A model generated the notes under the pieces. The model was not told the DNA's origin and searched no databases. It saw nothing but the letters and a program-made list of their open reading frames with translations. DNA of 64,000 bases, taken from contig JBDRJN010000006.1 in NCBI GenBank assembly GCA_043814965.1, forward strand, positions 71,838 to 135,837. The letters are read 5' to 3'. The position numbers and the translations under genes are program-made. Shown here piece after piece: positions 28,224-39,164 of the stretch; the stretch's first letter is position 1, and every line of letters starts with the position of its first letter. Source of the stretch: Candidatus Omnitrophota bacterium (lineage in GTDB: Bacteria; Omnitrophota; Gorgyraeia; Gorgyraeales; Gorgyraeaceae).

Positions 28224-28670
28224 ATGGATTTTTTTATTAGCCTTGGGAAAAACCAGGTCTTTTTATCCACGCTTCTGGCATGGCTTATAGCCCAGAGCGT
28301 AAAAGTGATAATCGGCGTAGTGCAGGAGAAGAGGTTTAATTTTAGATGGTTTGTAGGTACAGGGGGGATGCCTAGTTCTCATGCTTCTACAGTATCAGCC
28401 CTTGCTACTTCTATCGGGCTTATTTTTGGTTTTTCTTCACCATTTTTTGCAATAGCATTTTTCTTTGCCTTTATCATAATGTTTGACGCGCAGGGGGTAA
28501 GGAGACAAAGCGGACAACAGGCTGAGGCTTTGAATAAGATAATAGAGGATATATATCTACAAAAAGGCATAAAACAGGAACGCCTTATGGAATTTTTAGG
28601 GCATACGCCTATACAGGTATTCATAGGTTCTGCTATAGGGGTTATAATAGCCCTTATTTGCCATAAATAG
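28224..28670 (+). CDS. Divergent PAP2 family membrane protein (DUF212)
   Basis: GGMPSSH, MFDAQGVR, GHTP.QV. Confidence 0.92.
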   Translation: MDFFISLGKNQVFLSTLLAWLIAQSVKVIIGVVQEKRFNFRWFVGTGGMPSSHASTVSALATSIGLIFGFSSPFFAIAFFFAFIIMFDAQGVRRQSGQQAEALNKIIEDIYLQKGIKQERLMEFLGHTPIQVFIGSAIGVIIALICHK

Positions 28671-28684
28671 AAAGAGAGGCTATC

Positions 28685-29623
28685 TTGAATAATAGATTAT
28701 TAGGTGCTATCATCGGTCTAGGGCTTATAGGGGTAGTAGCGTTTATAGTGTTCAATGGCAAGGACGATAGCACCTCTCAACCCGTAATATCTCCAATAGA
28801 ATCTCCAAAAACTACAAATGTAGATTTGAAGTCAATAAAGGCTCTTATCGCAGAAGATAAACTGGATGAAGCTAGTAACTTTATTTTAGAATTGCAGAGT
28901 AAAGATCCTGATATGGATGCTTTAGGGAATATGTGTTTTAGCTTGGCAGATGCTTTTGAAAAAAAGGGGTATCTTGTCAAAGCCAGGGATATGTATGAGG
29001 TCATATTAAATAAATATCAGAATGTAGATAATATATTGGAGATACAGAATAGATCTGGATATCTTAGCATGAAGATATTGTTCTCTTCTATCATCACAGA
29101 AGAAGATACCCGCTATGAAATAGTTCCAGGCGATACGCTGTCTGGGATCGCAAGGAAATTCAATACAACGGTCGACCTTATAAAGGCGTCCAACTCTCTT
29201 GCCAGCGATGTCATAAGGGCTGGAGCGGTTCTTAAGGTCTCAAATATAAAATATAAAATATTAGTGGATAAATCCCAAAACATATTAACGCTTTTCAAAG
29301 ATGACGGAAGGCTTGTAAAGGTATACAAGGTCTCTACAGGTGAGAACAATTGCACGCCGGTCGGGACTTTTACTATAGTAAACAAGATAAAAGACCCTGT
29401 GTGGTATACTCAAGGCGCTATTGTGCCGCCTGAAAGCCCTGATAATATACTAGGTTCGCGCTGGCTTGGCTTATCTGAAAAAGGGTATGGGATACATGGC
29501 ACTACAGAGCCAGCAAGCCTGGGCACCCAGGCTACAAAGGGCTGTATAAGGATGCTCAATTCCGAAGTAGAGGAACTCTATACCATTATACCTGTCAATA
29601 CAGAGGTAACTATACTGGACTAG
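28685..29623 (+). CDS. L,D-transpeptidase with LysM and TPR-like regions
   Basis: N-terminal TM, LysM ([19 protein letters not shown]) and YkuD catalytic motif GIHGT...TKGCIRM. TTG start. Confidence 0.9.
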   Translation: MNNRLLGAIIGLGLIGVVAFIVFNGKDDSTSQPVISPIESPKTTNVDLKSIKALIAEDKLDEASNFILELQSKDPDMDALGNMCFSLADAFEKKGYLVKARDMYEVILNKYQNVDNILEIQNRSGYLSMKILFSSIITEEDTRYEIVPGDTLSGIARKFNTTVDLIKASNSLASDVIRAGAVLKVSNIKYKILVDKSQNILTLFKDDGRLVKVYKVSTGENNCTPVGTFTIVNKIKDPVWYTQGAIVPPESPDNILGSRWLGLSEKGYGIHGTTEPASLGTQATKGCIRMLNSEVEELYTIIPVNTEVTILD

Positions 29624-29625
29624 AT

Positions 29626-30576
29626 ATGATAAATGGATTGGATTTTGAAAAACCTATATTAGAACTCGAGCTCAAGATAGCTGAGCTTAAATCTCTCGCA
29701 GCTGATGGAAGCATTGATTTGTCCGAGGAGATAAAAAAACTTGAATCAAGGCTTGAGAAGGTACGTAAAGAAATATTCGAGTCCCTTACGCCGTGGCAGA
29801 AGATACAACTTGCCAGGCATCCGAAACGGCCTTACACATATGATTATATCAATATGATAATGGTGGATTTTGTCGAGATACATGGCGATAGGATGTTCCA
29901 GGATGATAAATCTATTGTCGGAGGATTTGCTAAGATCGACGGGGAAAAGGTGATGGTGATCGGGCATCAAAAGGGGAGAGATACAAAAGAGAACCTTATT
30001 AGGAATTTTGGCAGTGCCCATCCTGAAGGATACAGGAAGGCATTGAGGCTCATGAAGCTAGCTGAGAAATTTAGGGTACCGATCATCAGTTTTATAGATA
30101 CCCCTGGCGCATATCCCGGGATAGGCGCTGAGGAGAGAGGACAGGCTGGAGCTATAGCCTATAACCTGAGAGAGATGATAGAGCTGAAGGTACCGGTAAT
30201 AGTTATAGTAATAGGAGAAGGCGGCTCAGGCGGGGCGCTTGGAATAGGCATAGGTGATAGAGTGTATGTGATGGAAAATGCTTATTACTCTGTGATCTCT
30301 CCTGAAGGATGCGCAGCTATTCTTTGGAAAGACAGGCTTAAGGCGCCTGATGCAGCTGAGGTCTTAAAGCTTACTGCCAAGGACCTTATAAAACTCAATA
30401 TAATAGATGGAGAGATCAAAGAGCCATTAGGCGGAGCGCATAGAGATCCCGAAGAAATATCCAATACTGTTAAAAAGTGCATCAAGAAGGCGTTAAAAGA
30501 ACTATCCAGTCTATCCACGGATGATTTACTAGAACAAAGATACAAAAAATTCAGAAAAATGGGAGACATAGAATAA
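29626..30576 (+). CDS. accA: Acetyl-CoA carboxylase carboxyltransferase alpha subunit
   Basis: [44 protein letters not shown]. Confidence 0.98.
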   Translation: MINGLDFEKPILELELKIAELKSLAADGSIDLSEEIKKLESRLEKVRKEIFESLTPWQKIQLARHPKRPYTYDYINMIMVDFVEIHGDRMFQDDKSIVGGFAKIDGEKVMVIGHQKGRDTKENLIRNFGSAHPEGYRKALRLMKLAEKFRVPIISFIDTPGAYPGIGAEERGQAGAIAYNLREMIELKVPVIVIVIGEGGSGGALGIGIGDRVYVMENAYYSVISPEGCAAILWKDRLKAPDAAEVLKLTAKDLIKLNIIDGEIKEPLGGAHRDPEEISNTVKKCIKKALKELSSLSTDDLLEQRYKKFRKMGDIE

Positions 30577-30578
30577 GG

Positions 30579-30666
30579 GCCGGAGTGGCGGAATTGGCTG
30601 ACGCGCACGACTCAAAATCGTGTGAGGTAACCCCTCGTGTGGGTTCGACTCCCACCTCCGGCACCA
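30579..30666 (+). tRNA. tRNA-Leu (CAA)
   Basis: GCCGGAG/CTCCGGC acceptor stem with encoded CCA, anticodon arm CACGA-CTCAAAA-TCGTG, long variable arm, GTTCGA T-loop. Confidence 0.96.
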
Positions 30667-30795
30667 CATTACAGTATACAGTTTCTCTGGAAAATTTTAG
30701 AGATATAGATTTTTCTTGGAGAAGGAGTCGAATGGCAGGCCATTTTCTAATAGAGCTTTGCGCCGAGCAAAGCGAGAGATAGCTTTAGGCACCAT

Positions 30796-30830
30796 TTACT
30801 GATTACTATTTACGGATTACTGATCACTAA
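30796..30830 (+). repeat. Degenerate heptamer array between the tRNAs
   Basis: TTTACTG ATTACTA TTTACGG ATTACTG ATCACTA. Confidence 0.65.
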
Positions 30831-30836
30831 AATAGT

Positions 30837-30912
30837 GGGGCAGTAGCGAAGCTGGGATCGCGCCACAATGGCATTGTGGAGACCACGGGTTCGACTCCCG
30901 TCTGCTCCACCA
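30837..30912 (+). tRNA. tRNA-Ala (GGC)
   Basis: GGGGCAG/CTGCTCC acceptor with G3:U70, anticodon arm CCACA-ATGGCAT-TGTGG, T-loop GTTCGA, CCA end. Confidence 0.96.
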
Positions 30913-30947
30913 AATAATCAAATTTTCAACATATAGAATTTAAAAAT

Positions 30948-32768
30948 ATGGCTGATTTATTTAGAAAAAATAGGTTATTGTTTTTTATACTATTTTTAAG
31001 CTTAGCTATAAATATTATCGGTCTGACATGGGGCCTTCCGGAGAATTGGCATCCCGATAATAAGGTAAAACACATAGCATATTGTATAACCACAGAAGAC
31101 CTAAATCCCCACCTTTTCATCAATCCGTCATTTTATATATATTATCTTTTGGCCTTCTGCAAGATATTCCTATTTTTTGTAAAAAACGCTTCTTATAGCA
31201 GCTTAATAATCCTTTGCAGGATCCTGACAGCTTTAATAGGAACGTGCACAGTTTTTATTACTTATTTATTGTCCAAGAATATTTTTGGCGTGAAATCCGG
31301 GCTATATTCTGCTTTATTCTTGGCATTAAGTGCCGGGATTTTGATGTATAGCCACTTTACTATACCGGAAATAATGGCCACATTCTTTATTGTATTGACG
31401 CTATACTACCTGAGTAGATATGTAGATGAGTCCAGGAATAGATATTTGTACTATTCAGCCATGACGCTAGGACTTGCTATCTCGACAAAATATACAGCTA
31501 TTTTACTTTTTATCTTTATAATATTAGGCATGTTTTTTGTAAGCAAAAAACAAGATGACAGGAATATCCAAAAGCCCCCTCTATCTATCAATGCATTAAG
31601 CATAGGCTCTATTTTTATAGGTGTACTATCGTTTGTATTTATATTTTTTATCAATGACAAGGCATCAGCTGTTTATGTAGGGAAATTCCTTGATAGCGCC
31701 GGTAATATAAATTTTTGGAACGAACACAAGCCAGAATATATACCAATATTTATAGCAGATATCAAAAAGCTATTGATTTTTGTCGGGTTTATTTTTTTAG
31801 TGGTATTTCCCCTGGCGGTACGTATCAGATCTCTGAGAGATGTCCTATCAAAAGTCTTTATTAGGGGGGAATTTTTTCGTGTATGTTCATTGACAGTGAT
31901 CTTTTTTTGTATAGGGACCCCTTTTGCAATCTTAGATTATAAGCAATTTTTACATGATATGTTTCTTAATTGGCAGGTACAGCGGTACTGTCTTGGTTTT
32001 ACTTATGCAGGGATGCAATGGGGCTCATATTTTAAACATATTATAAATCTGCTGGGTATTCCTATATTCGCCTGCAGTGTCTTAGGCATGTTTTATGTTA
32101 TAAGGTCAAAAGACATAAAACATAGGAAGATAATCATTTTATTTAGCTATGTATGCCTTACTTACATGGCATATGGCTCAAGGGCGTTATCGGTCCAGAG
32201 GTATATACTTCCAATAGTCCCTGGGATGGCGATCTTTGCGGGGGCTTTATTCGGCAAGTATCTTGATACTGAGAAAAAGGCAATGAGGCCTTTGAAGTCA
32301 TCTGTATTGGGCATTGTAATAGCATATTCTTTCTTTTATTCATTAAGCGTCGACCTGATATTATTGAATGATTCGAGATATAAGGCAGGAAAATGGATAG
32401 AAGAAAATATAACAAAAGATTCTCCGATAGGGGTCTTTTCTTACAACAGGTATTTACCTAATTTTAAGGAAGGCTATAAGATATACTACATGTCAGCCAT
32501 TCATGATAAAGACATAGATTTTGATGACTTTCTGGCGGGATTTAAAAAGCAGCGTTTCGACTATCTGGTCTTGTCGGATATGTTTTATGGGGTCTATATC
32601 GATTCCGATCAATATCCAGAAAGAAAGTTGTTTTATGAAGAGTTATTTCAGGGAAAATATGGGTATGAGATAATAGCGGATTTTAAATATAGGCCTATCT
32701 TAGAGCCCGTTGTTGATTTTGCCAATCCAAAAATAGTGATCTTGAAGAATACGTCGATACAACTTTAA
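30948..32768 (+). CDS. GT-C fold glycosyltransferase (ArnT/PMT, family 39-like)
   Basis: WGLP..WHPD, many TMs, R..TAL.G, GLAISTKY, GTPF, RYILP, DSRYKAGKWI. Confidence 0.8.
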   Translation: MADLFRKNRLLFFILFLSLAINIIGLTWGLPENWHPDNKVKHIAYCITTEDLNPHLFINPSFYIYYLLAFCKIFLFFVKNASYSSLIILCRILTALIGTCTVFITYLLSKNIFGVKSGLYSALFLALSAGILMYSHFTIPEIMATFFIVLTLYYLSRYVDESRNRYLYYSAMTLGLAISTKYTAILLFIFIILGMFFVSKKQDDRNIQKPPLSINALSIGSIFIGVLSFVFIFFINDKASAVYVGKFLDSAGNINFWNEHKPEYIPIFIADIKKLLIFVGFIFLVVFPLAVRIRSLRDVLSKVFIRGEFFRVCSLTVIFFCIGTPFAILDYKQFLHDMFLNWQVQRYCLGFTYAGMQWGSYFKHIINLLGIPIFACSVLGMFYVIRSKDIKHRKIIILFSYVCLTYMAYGSRALSVQRYILPIVPGMAIFAGALFGKYLDTEKKAMRPLKSSVLGIVIAYSFFYSLSVDLILLNDSRYKAGKWIEENITKDSPIGVFSYNRYLPNFKEGYKIYYMSAIHDKDIDFDDFLAGFKKQRFDYLVLSDMFYGVYIDSDQYPERKLFYEELFQGKYGYEIIADFKYRPILEPVVDFANPKIVILKNTSIQL

Positions 32769-32894
32769 GGTATTGACTTTTTAGTTGATTATTCTAAATA
32801 TACCGCTTAAAATAGGTTCGACGGGTATTATAGCGACTTATTTTCGTACCATAACTTATGGCTGATGCATAGCCTGAAAGATCTTGTATTTATT

Positions 32895-35384
32895 ATGAGC
32901 CAGGAATTTTACCCATTCAAGGATATTGAAAAAAAATGGCAGGATAGATGGAATAAAGAGGGCCTATCTAAAATGGACCCGAATTCCAAAAAAGAAAAAT
33001 ATTACTGCCTGATGATGTTTCCTTATCCTTCCTCATCTTTACATGTCGGCCATGGAAGGAACTACATCATAGGCGACGTAGTGGCTAGATATAAGATCAT
33101 GAGAGGGCTGAATGTCCTGACCCCGATGGGCTGGGATGCGTTTGGCCTTCCCGCGGAAAATGCCGCGATAAAAAACGGCATACATCCAAAGATATCCACA
33201 TTTAATAATATAAAGACAATGAAGGCTCAACTCAATGCGTGGGGCGTGGGGTATGATTGGGATAGAGAAGTGACTTCATGCAATCCCGAATACTATAAAT
33301 GGACCCAGTGGATGTTTTTGCAGCTTTATAAAAAAGGGCTTGCGTATAAAAAGAAGGCATCTGTCAATTGGTGCTCTTCTTGCCAGACAGTCCTTGCCAA
33401 TGAGCAGGTCATTGAAGGGAGATGTGAAAGATGTTCTACTGAAGTAGAATTGCGTAAGCTCGAACAGTGGTTTTTTAAGATCACTGATTATGCCCAGAGG
33501 CTGTTAGATGATCTGGAGTTACTTAAAGATTGGCCTGACAGGGTAAAGACTATGCAGAGGAACTGGATAGGGAGAAGCGAAGGCGTAGAGATAGACTTTA
33601 AAATAGCCGATAGCGATATGAAACTGACGTGTTTTACGACAAGGGCAGACACCATATATGGAGCTACATATATGGTGCTCGCATGTGAACACCCGTATAT
33701 ATTGGATATTATAAAAGGGCATAAAAATGAAAAGGAGATAAAGAAATTCATAGATGGAGTAAAAAAAGAAAGCGTGATAGACAGGGTCTCAGCAAATACA
33801 GAGAAAAAAGGTTTTTTCACGGATAGGTATGTCATAAATCCGGTCAACAATAGGAAGATACCTCTTTTTGTTGCAAATTATGTTGTGATGGAATACGGTT
33901 CTGGCGCTGTGATGGCAGTACCTGCGCATGACCAGAGGGATTTTGAATTTGCTAAAAAATACGATCTTGCGATAGAGGTGGTCATAGATAATCCTGCATC
34001 TCCGCTCGAAGCCGCAGCCATGAGAGAAGCGTATATTGAAGACGGGGTCATGGTAAACTCCGGTAAGTTTGACAATATTTCCAATAGAGAAGCTATGGAA
34101 AAGATAGCTTCTTATATGGAGGATAAGAAAATAGGCAGAAGAAAAGTAAATTATAAATTGAGAGATTGGCTTATCTCAAGGCAGCGTTACTGGGGCGCGC
34201 CCATACCTATAGTATATTGTAAAAAATGCGGTATACAGCCTGTCAAAGAAGAGGACTTGCCAGTGCTTTTAGCGGAACACGTTGAGTTTAAACCTCATGG
34301 AGAATCGCCTCTCAAGTCTTCTAAGGAATTTGTCAACACGGCTTGCCCTAATTGCAATGGCCATGCAGAGCGTGAAATAGACACCATGGATACATTTGTC
34401 GATTCCAGCTGGTATTTCCTTAGATATCTATCTCCGAATGATGATAAAAGGCCGTTCGATAAAGATATTGTAAATAAATGGCTTCCTGTTGACCAGTATA
34501 TAGGAGGCGTAGAGCATGCCATCCTGCACCTTTTGTATTCTAGGTTTATAGTAAAGGTCCTGTCCGACATGTCATATATAAATTTTAAAGAGCCATTTTC
34601 AAATCTTTTTACACAGGGCATGATAGTAAAAGATGGGGCAAAGATGTCTAAGTCCAAAGGGAATGTAGTAAGCCCCGACGCCTTGATAGAAAAATATGGC
34701 GCAGATACAGTGCGTTTTTACACGCTTTTTATAGGGCCTCCTGAAAAGGACGCTGAATGGAACGATAGAGGAGTAGAAGGGGCCTGGAGATTTTTGAATA
34801 GGCTTTGGAGGCTTATCGAAAACCATAGAGAGATCATCTCTAGAGGAGATGCGCAGACTGATACTCACAACATATCCTCTCTTAAACGTAAGACCCATTT
34901 TACTATCAAAAAGGTCACAGAAGATATAGAAGGCGGTTTTCATTTTAATACTGCGTTAAGTTCTATTATGGAACTTGTCAATGAGATATATAACGCGATC
35001 AGTATGGATACGGATCACTGGTCACGCCTGCCAGGGGTCACGGGTAATGACATGAAAGAAGCCATGGAGGCCGCAGTAATACTCTTGGCTCCATTTGCGC
35101 CTCATGTCTCAGAAGAGATGTGGGGAAAACTGGGTAATAGGGAAAGCATATTCAAGGCTAGCTGGCCTGAGCATGATAAAGACGTTCTTATTGAAGATGA
35201 GATCAGCTTAGTGGTCCAGGTAAGCGGTAAGATGCGCTCCAAGATATCTGTCTCTAAAGATGCTAGTGAAGAAGAGATAATCGCTATTCTATTAAAGGAC
35301 CCTGCTGTTATTAAATGGATAGAAGGAAAAGAGATAAAAAAGATCATTATTGTCAAAGGCAGGCTCGTGAATATAGTTGTTTGA
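32895..35384 (+). CDS. leuS: Leucine--tRNA ligase
   Basis: MFPYPS..LHVGH, GWDAFGLPAENAA, DWLISRQRYWG, KMSKSKGN. ATG 32895 preferred. Confidence 0.98.
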   Translation: MSQEFYPFKDIEKKWQDRWNKEGLSKMDPNSKKEKYYCLMMFPYPSSSLHVGHGRNYIIGDVVARYKIMRGLNVLTPMGWDAFGLPAENAAIKNGIHPKISTFNNIKTMKAQLNAWGVGYDWDREVTSCNPEYYKWTQWMFLQLYKKGLAYKKKASVNWCSSCQTVLANEQVIEGRCERCSTEVELRKLEQWFFKITDYAQRLLDDLELLKDWPDRVKTMQRNWIGRSEGVEIDFKIADSDMKLTCFTTRADTIYGATYMVLACEHPYILDIIKGHKNEKEIKKFIDGVKKESVIDRVSANTEKKGFFTDRYVINPVNNRKIPLFVANYVVMEYGSGAVMAVPAHDQRDFEFAKKYDLAIEVVIDNPASPLEAAAMREAYIEDGVMVNSGKFDNISNREAMEKIASYMEDKKIGRRKVNYKLRDWLISRQRYWGAPIPIVYCKKCGIQPVKEEDLPVLLAEHVEFKPHGESPLKSSKEFVNTACPNCNGHAEREIDTMDTFVDSSWYFLRYLSPNDDKRPFDKDIVNKWLPVDQYIGGVEHAILHLLYSRFIVKVLSDMSYINFKEPFSNLFTQGMIVKDGAKMSKSKGNVVSPDALIEKYGADTVRFYTLFIGPPEKDAEWNDRGVEGAWRFLNRLWRLIENHREIISRGDAQTDTHNISSLKRKTHFTIKKVTEDIEGGFHFNTALSSIMELVNEIYNAISMDTDHWSRLPGVTGNDMKEAMEAAVILLAPFAPHVSEEMWGKLGNRESIFKASWPEHDKDVLIEDEISLVVQVSGKMRSKISVSKDASEEEIIAILLKDPAVIKWIEGKEIKKIIIVKGRLVNIVV
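35006..35049 (+). repeat. Heptamer/mini-palindrome insert inside leuS
   Basis: GGATACG GATCACT GGTCACG CCTGCCAGG GGTCACG GGTAATG, encoding DTDHWSRLPGVTGN. Confidence 0.65.
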
Positions 35385-35391
35385 CATAGAT

Positions 35392-35814
35392 ATGAAAAGC
35401 ATTGTATATATATTGTTAGTGGTCATTTTATCGGCAAGCCCTCTTAACGCAGAAGAAGATAAAGAGATCTCATATTTAAAAGAGATAGTTTCTATAATTA
35501 CAGAAGCGGATGTCACAGTAAGAAGCATAAGTTTTGACCATATACTTATAAAAGATGGCGTCAAGAAGCTGGAGGGGTATGTAGAAAGATTAGATTCTCT
35601 AGAATGCCCTCCAAGTTTTTCAAGGCAATATAAGATGACATCGCTTTCGCTCAAGAAAATGAGAATGGCATTTTTGTTTTTTTCAGTAGAGAGAAGAGAG
35701 TATTGCAGGATGTTGGTTAAAAATGGGGCAATGCTTTTAAAGGAAGCGGCTATGGATATAAAAAATATTGCCAAAGAAAAAGGCCTTATAAATGAAGAAA
35801 GGGGTTCTCAATGA
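35392..35814 (+). CDS. Hypothetical exported protein
   Basis: Signal peptide MKSIVYILLVVILSASPLNA; operonic position. Confidence 0.6.
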   Translation: MKSIVYILLVVILSASPLNAEEDKEISYLKEIVSIITEADVTVRSISFDHILIKDGVKKLEGYVERLDSLECPPSFSRQYKMTSLSLKKMRMAFLFFSVERREYCRMLVKNGAMLLKEAAMDIKNIAKEKGLINEERGSQ

Positions 35815-36386
35815 AAAAGATCTTTCTATGCATGGCATTGGCGCTATTTTTTTCTGATCTATACGTTTTTAATTCTATGGCTAGCGAAGAAGCGGCTAAA
35901 AAAAAATCAAAGGTCATTCTTCCTACGGGAGATATATCTTCCTCGATCCCTTCATTGTCCCCTGATGTAACTACGCCTTCCCTCAAAGATGATGCAGCTG
36001 GCATACAGGAAGAGGCGGCATTTACAAGTATCGATAATATCCCGGGCTCTCCAGTAGAGATCACCCTGCCTGTTACGGAAGTCCTGACAAATATGACAGA
36101 GGCGCCTGATTCTGGAAACCTGCTGGGAGAAGTCATCGATGTATATTTGGATAAAAATGACTATTCTATAGTCATAAAAGATGACAATTTTAAGGATCCA
36201 GTGAAATTACAAGGGTCATTAAACTCAAGCCTTGTGGTGAGAGAGGGTAGGACCGTGCCTTTTTCGGATATCAAGAAAGGTAATTGGTTAAGCGCCGTGT
36301 ATACCAAAGAAGGAGAGATATCCAAGGTGCATTTTATAAGCATAATACCGGAAAAAAGCCTGCATACAATAAAGCGCAACCCCTAA
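35811..36386 (+). CDS. Hypothetical exported protein with a possible C-terminal OB-like domain
   Basis: Signal peptide, low-complexity linker, LLGEVIDV...FSDIKKGNWLSAVY. ATGA overlap with the previous gene. Confidence 0.6.
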   Translation: MKKIFLCMALALFFSDLYVFNSMASEEAAKKKSKVILPTGDISSSIPSLSPDVTTPSLKDDAAGIQEEAAFTSIDNIPGSPVEITLPVTEVLTNMTEAPDSGNLLGEVIDVYLDKNDYSIVIKDDNFKDPVKLQGSLNSSLVVREGRTVPFSDIKKGNWLSAVYTKEGEISKVHFISIIPEKSLHTIKRNP

Positions 36387-36400
36387 AAAACTGATACTCC

Positions 36401-36736
36401 ATGTTGATTTTTTCTAGATCTGACAGGCAAACTATTGTTTCTGTTCTATTGATAGGCGTCTTTATAATAAGCCTTTCCTATTATAAAAAAATAGACCACC
36501 AACCTGATAATATTACATTAGATATAAAAGAAGGCATAGGTTTAGTAAATATAAATACAGCTGCTTATCCTGAATTAGAAAGGCTTCCAGGCATAGGGCC
36601 TGCATTAGCCAGGGCTATTGTCCTTTATAGGCAGGATAGAGGAGCTTTTAAAGATAAGGAAGATATAAAAGATGTGAATGGTATAGGCCGGAAGAAATTC
36701 GATAAAATAAAAGAGCTCATAACTATAGATGAATAA
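36401..36736 (+). CDS. comEA: ComEA-family helix-hairpin-helix DNA-binding protein
   Basis: VNINTA...LERLPGIGP..A..IV.YR...G.F...V.GIG. Confidence 0.88.
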   Translation: MLIFSRSDRQTIVSVLLIGVFIISLSYYKKIDHQPDNITLDIKEGIGLVNINTAAYPELERLPGIGPALARAIVLYRQDRGAFKDKEDIKDVNGIGRKKFDKIKELITIDE

Positions 36737-38153
36737 AAGGCCTCTTTTTATAATAGCGCTATGTCTAGTAATAGGGATAATAATAGCCGGATTTTTGCCT
36801 AAAAAAGTCGATTTTATATGCATACTAATACCAGTCTGTGTATTTATTATATTGTCTTTATTGTCCTTTAAAAGCAAGGCCAGCTGCAATATTTTTATAA
36901 GCCTATCTATCATTGGTCTTGCCGTCCTTTTATATATAAATTCAAATACATTTCCGAATGATCATATCAGTGGTCTTTTAAGGGAGGGGTCTCAGCCTTC
37001 AGTATTGGTCGGGGCCATCAAGCAGCCTATATTGATGCGTAAGGCATATTTTGGTAAGGTCATCTCCAGATATTTATTTGAAGTCGAAGGAGTAAAGGTT
37101 AAAGATCATTGGGTTGGCATGAAAGGGTTGACTTATCTTGATGTACAGAAAGAAACGCTTTATGATTACGGAGACCGGCTGCTTGTAGAGGGAGTCATCA
37201 AAAGGCCTGTCAAGAAGACGGATTTTAATTATAGAGAATATCTCGAGAGAAAGAATATATTTTTACTTGTCTCTTCCAAAGAAAATAGCATAAGACTATT
37301 GTCAAAAGATCATAGATCCAGCTATGTACTAAAACTTGTTTATTATATCAGAGCAAGGCTGAGTTCAAAGATCATAGAATATATGCCTATTGAAAATGGG
37401 GCATTTTTTAGGGCTATTCTCCTGGGGGACAGGTCAGAGCTTTCTAGAGGGGTCAAAGATTCTTTCAAGGCTTCAGGTATCATGCATATACTGGCGATAA
37501 GCGGGCTGCATGTCGGGCTTGTCGCATTGGTTGTCATGATGTTATTGAAGGCTATTGGTATAAAGAGAGAATGGACTTATTTTATTACGATGATATTTTT
37601 AGCTTTTTTTGTAATACTGACGCTTTCCCCTGTATCTGTAGTAAGGGCTACTATAATGATATACGTCTTTCTTATGGGAATGATACTCGGAAGGAAGGTG
37701 GATATGTGCAATTCATTGGGCCTGGCAGCGATATTTGTATTGGCTAGGAATCCAAAAGAACTTTTCAACGCAGGTTTCCAGCTTTCTTTTTTGATAGTAC
37801 TCTCCATAGCGTGCCTCGCCCCGTATTTTATGAAGCTGGCAGGGCATAGGGGCCATCCTTATATAAGGAAATATATATATGCGCCTTTTTCAGTGTCGTT
37901 GGCAGCATGGGTAGGGAGTTTCCCGCTGTTACTATATTATTTCAGGGTAATATGCCCTATTTCTATCGTCTCCAATCTTTTTATCATACCTATTGTTTTT
38001 GTCCTTTTATTGTCAGGGATTTTGTTTATAATATTAAGTTGGGCGCCTTTTGCGGGCGAGTATTTGATCTATGCCAGTAATTTTATTATAGATAAGATAT
38101 TTTATCTAGCCAATTTTTTTAGTTCTTTAAGGTTTGGGCATTTTTATATTTGA
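36729..38153 (+). CDS. comEC: ComEC/Rec2 competence channel (no C-terminal metallo-beta-lactamase domain)
   Basis: FNYREYL, AILLGD, GIMHILAISGLHV, SVVRA.IM, GFQLSF. Confidence 0.9.
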   Translation: MNKRPLFIIALCLVIGIIIAGFLPKKVDFICILIPVCVFIILSLLSFKSKASCNIFISLSIIGLAVLLYINSNTFPNDHISGLLREGSQPSVLVGAIKQPILMRKAYFGKVISRYLFEVEGVKVKDHWVGMKGLTYLDVQKETLYDYGDRLLVEGVIKRPVKKTDFNYREYLERKNIFLLVSSKENSIRLLSKDHRSSYVLKLVYYIRARLSSKIIEYMPIENGAFFRAILLGDRSELSRGVKDSFKASGIMHILAISGLHVGLVALVVMMLLKAIGIKREWTYFITMIFLAFFVILTLSPVSVVRATIMIYVFLMGMILGRKVDMCNSLGLAAIFVLARNPKELFNAGFQLSFLIVLSIACLAPYFMKLAGHRGHPYIRKYIYAPFSVSLAAWVGSFPLLLYYFRVICPISIVSNLFIIPIVFVLLLSGILFIILSWAPFAGEYLIYASNFIIDKIFYLANFFSSLRFGHFYI

Positions 38154-38186
38154 TATTAGTACTATTTATATATTAGGCTATGCTAA

Positions 38187-38215
38187 TTGACATATATAGA
38201 CAGCTATGATAATAT
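38187..38215 (+). promoter_or_regulatory. Sigma70-type promoter of bamD-lptE-holA
   Basis: TTGACA-N17-TAATAT with upstream TG. Confidence 0.5.
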
Positions 38216-38222
38216 GTAACGC

Positions 38223-39164
38223 ATGGTACGCAAAATAATCATAATCTCAATAATATTTTTCACGTTCATGACAGGGCCTGCTTTTTCATTTTGGATATGG
38301 ACCCCAGAGGGCGGTAAGTGGGAAAACCCCAAATATAAGGCCAAGGATACTCCAGAAGAACAGCTCGAGTACTCAATATCATTTTATAAGGAAAAGAATT
38401 ACAAAGGCGCCTTAAGGGAATTCAAAAAACTATTGAAATACTACCCTCTATCCAAACAAGCGCCTACTGCTCAGTATTATCTTGGGCGCGTAATGCAGGA
38501 TACCGGCAATGTGTACGATGCGTTTAAGGCCTACCAGAAGGTGATAGACTTGTACCCGCATACGGAATTTGTAGATGAGGTCATAGAAAGGCAATTTAAT
38601 ATAGGATTGGAGTTCTTCTCCGGCAGAAAGTACAATGTATTAGGACCGCTTAAAGTACCGGCAAAAGATAAGGCTATAGAGATATTCAAGATGGTCTTCG
38701 AGAATGCCCCTTATGGCAAATATGCTGATATATCTATATTTAATGCAGGCATTTCCTATAAAGACATAGAAGATTATCAAAATGCCATAATAATGTTCAA
38801 GGACCTTATAGATAAATATCCTAATTCGGAGTATGTTGACAAGGCAAGATACTATCTTGCTGAATCTTCCAGGCTTGTATCTTTGAACCCGGATTATGAC
38901 CAGACCTCTACTGTAGTTGCCAGGGAGGAATTCAAGGATTTTATAAAGAAATATCCAGAAAGTCCCCTGTCCAAAGATGCTAAAAGCATAGTAAGTAAAC
39001 TTGAAGATAAAGAAGCAGAGAGCATATATAATACTGCTAAGTTCTATGAGTCAAGGCATAAGCCCGAGAGCGCAATGATATATTACCAGGATCTAGCGCA
39101 AAACTATCCAAATACAAAATGGGCAGATCTTGCAAGAGAAAGGCTCCGTGAGATCGATAAATAA
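38223..39164 (+). CDS. bamD: Outer-membrane assembly factor BamD-like TPR protein
   Basis: TPRs with YP.S motifs, DYDQT...A...F..FI..YP.S, and AKFY...A.IYY. Adjacent to lptE. Confidence 0.8.
   Translation: MVRKIIIISIIFFTFMTGPAFSFWIWTPEGGKWENPKYKAKDTPEEQLEYSISFYKEKNYKGALREFKKLLKYYPLSKQAPTAQYYLGRVMQDTGNVYDAFKAYQKVIDLYPHTEFVDEVIERQFNIGLEFFSGRKYNVLGPLKVPAKDKAIEIFKMVFENAPYGKYADISIFNAGISYKDIEDYQNAIIMFKDLIDKYPNSEYVDKARYYLAESSRLVSLNPDYDQTSTVVAREEFKDFIKKYPESPLSKDAKSIVSKLEDKEAESIYNTAKFYESRHKPESAMIYYQDLAQNYPNTKWADLARERLREIDK

Noticed and set aside
30585-30782. 65-aa ORF after accA
   Set aside because: Overlaps tRNA-Leu; a translation artefact.
30837-32768. Genomic island integrated at tRNA-Ala
   Set aside because: The downstream glycosyltransferase is AT-rich, but no integrase or duplicated tRNA 3' end was seen.
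32769-32894. T-box leader upstream of leuS
   Set aside because: No T-box consensus (GGTGGnACCGCG) or terminator, and the region is too short.
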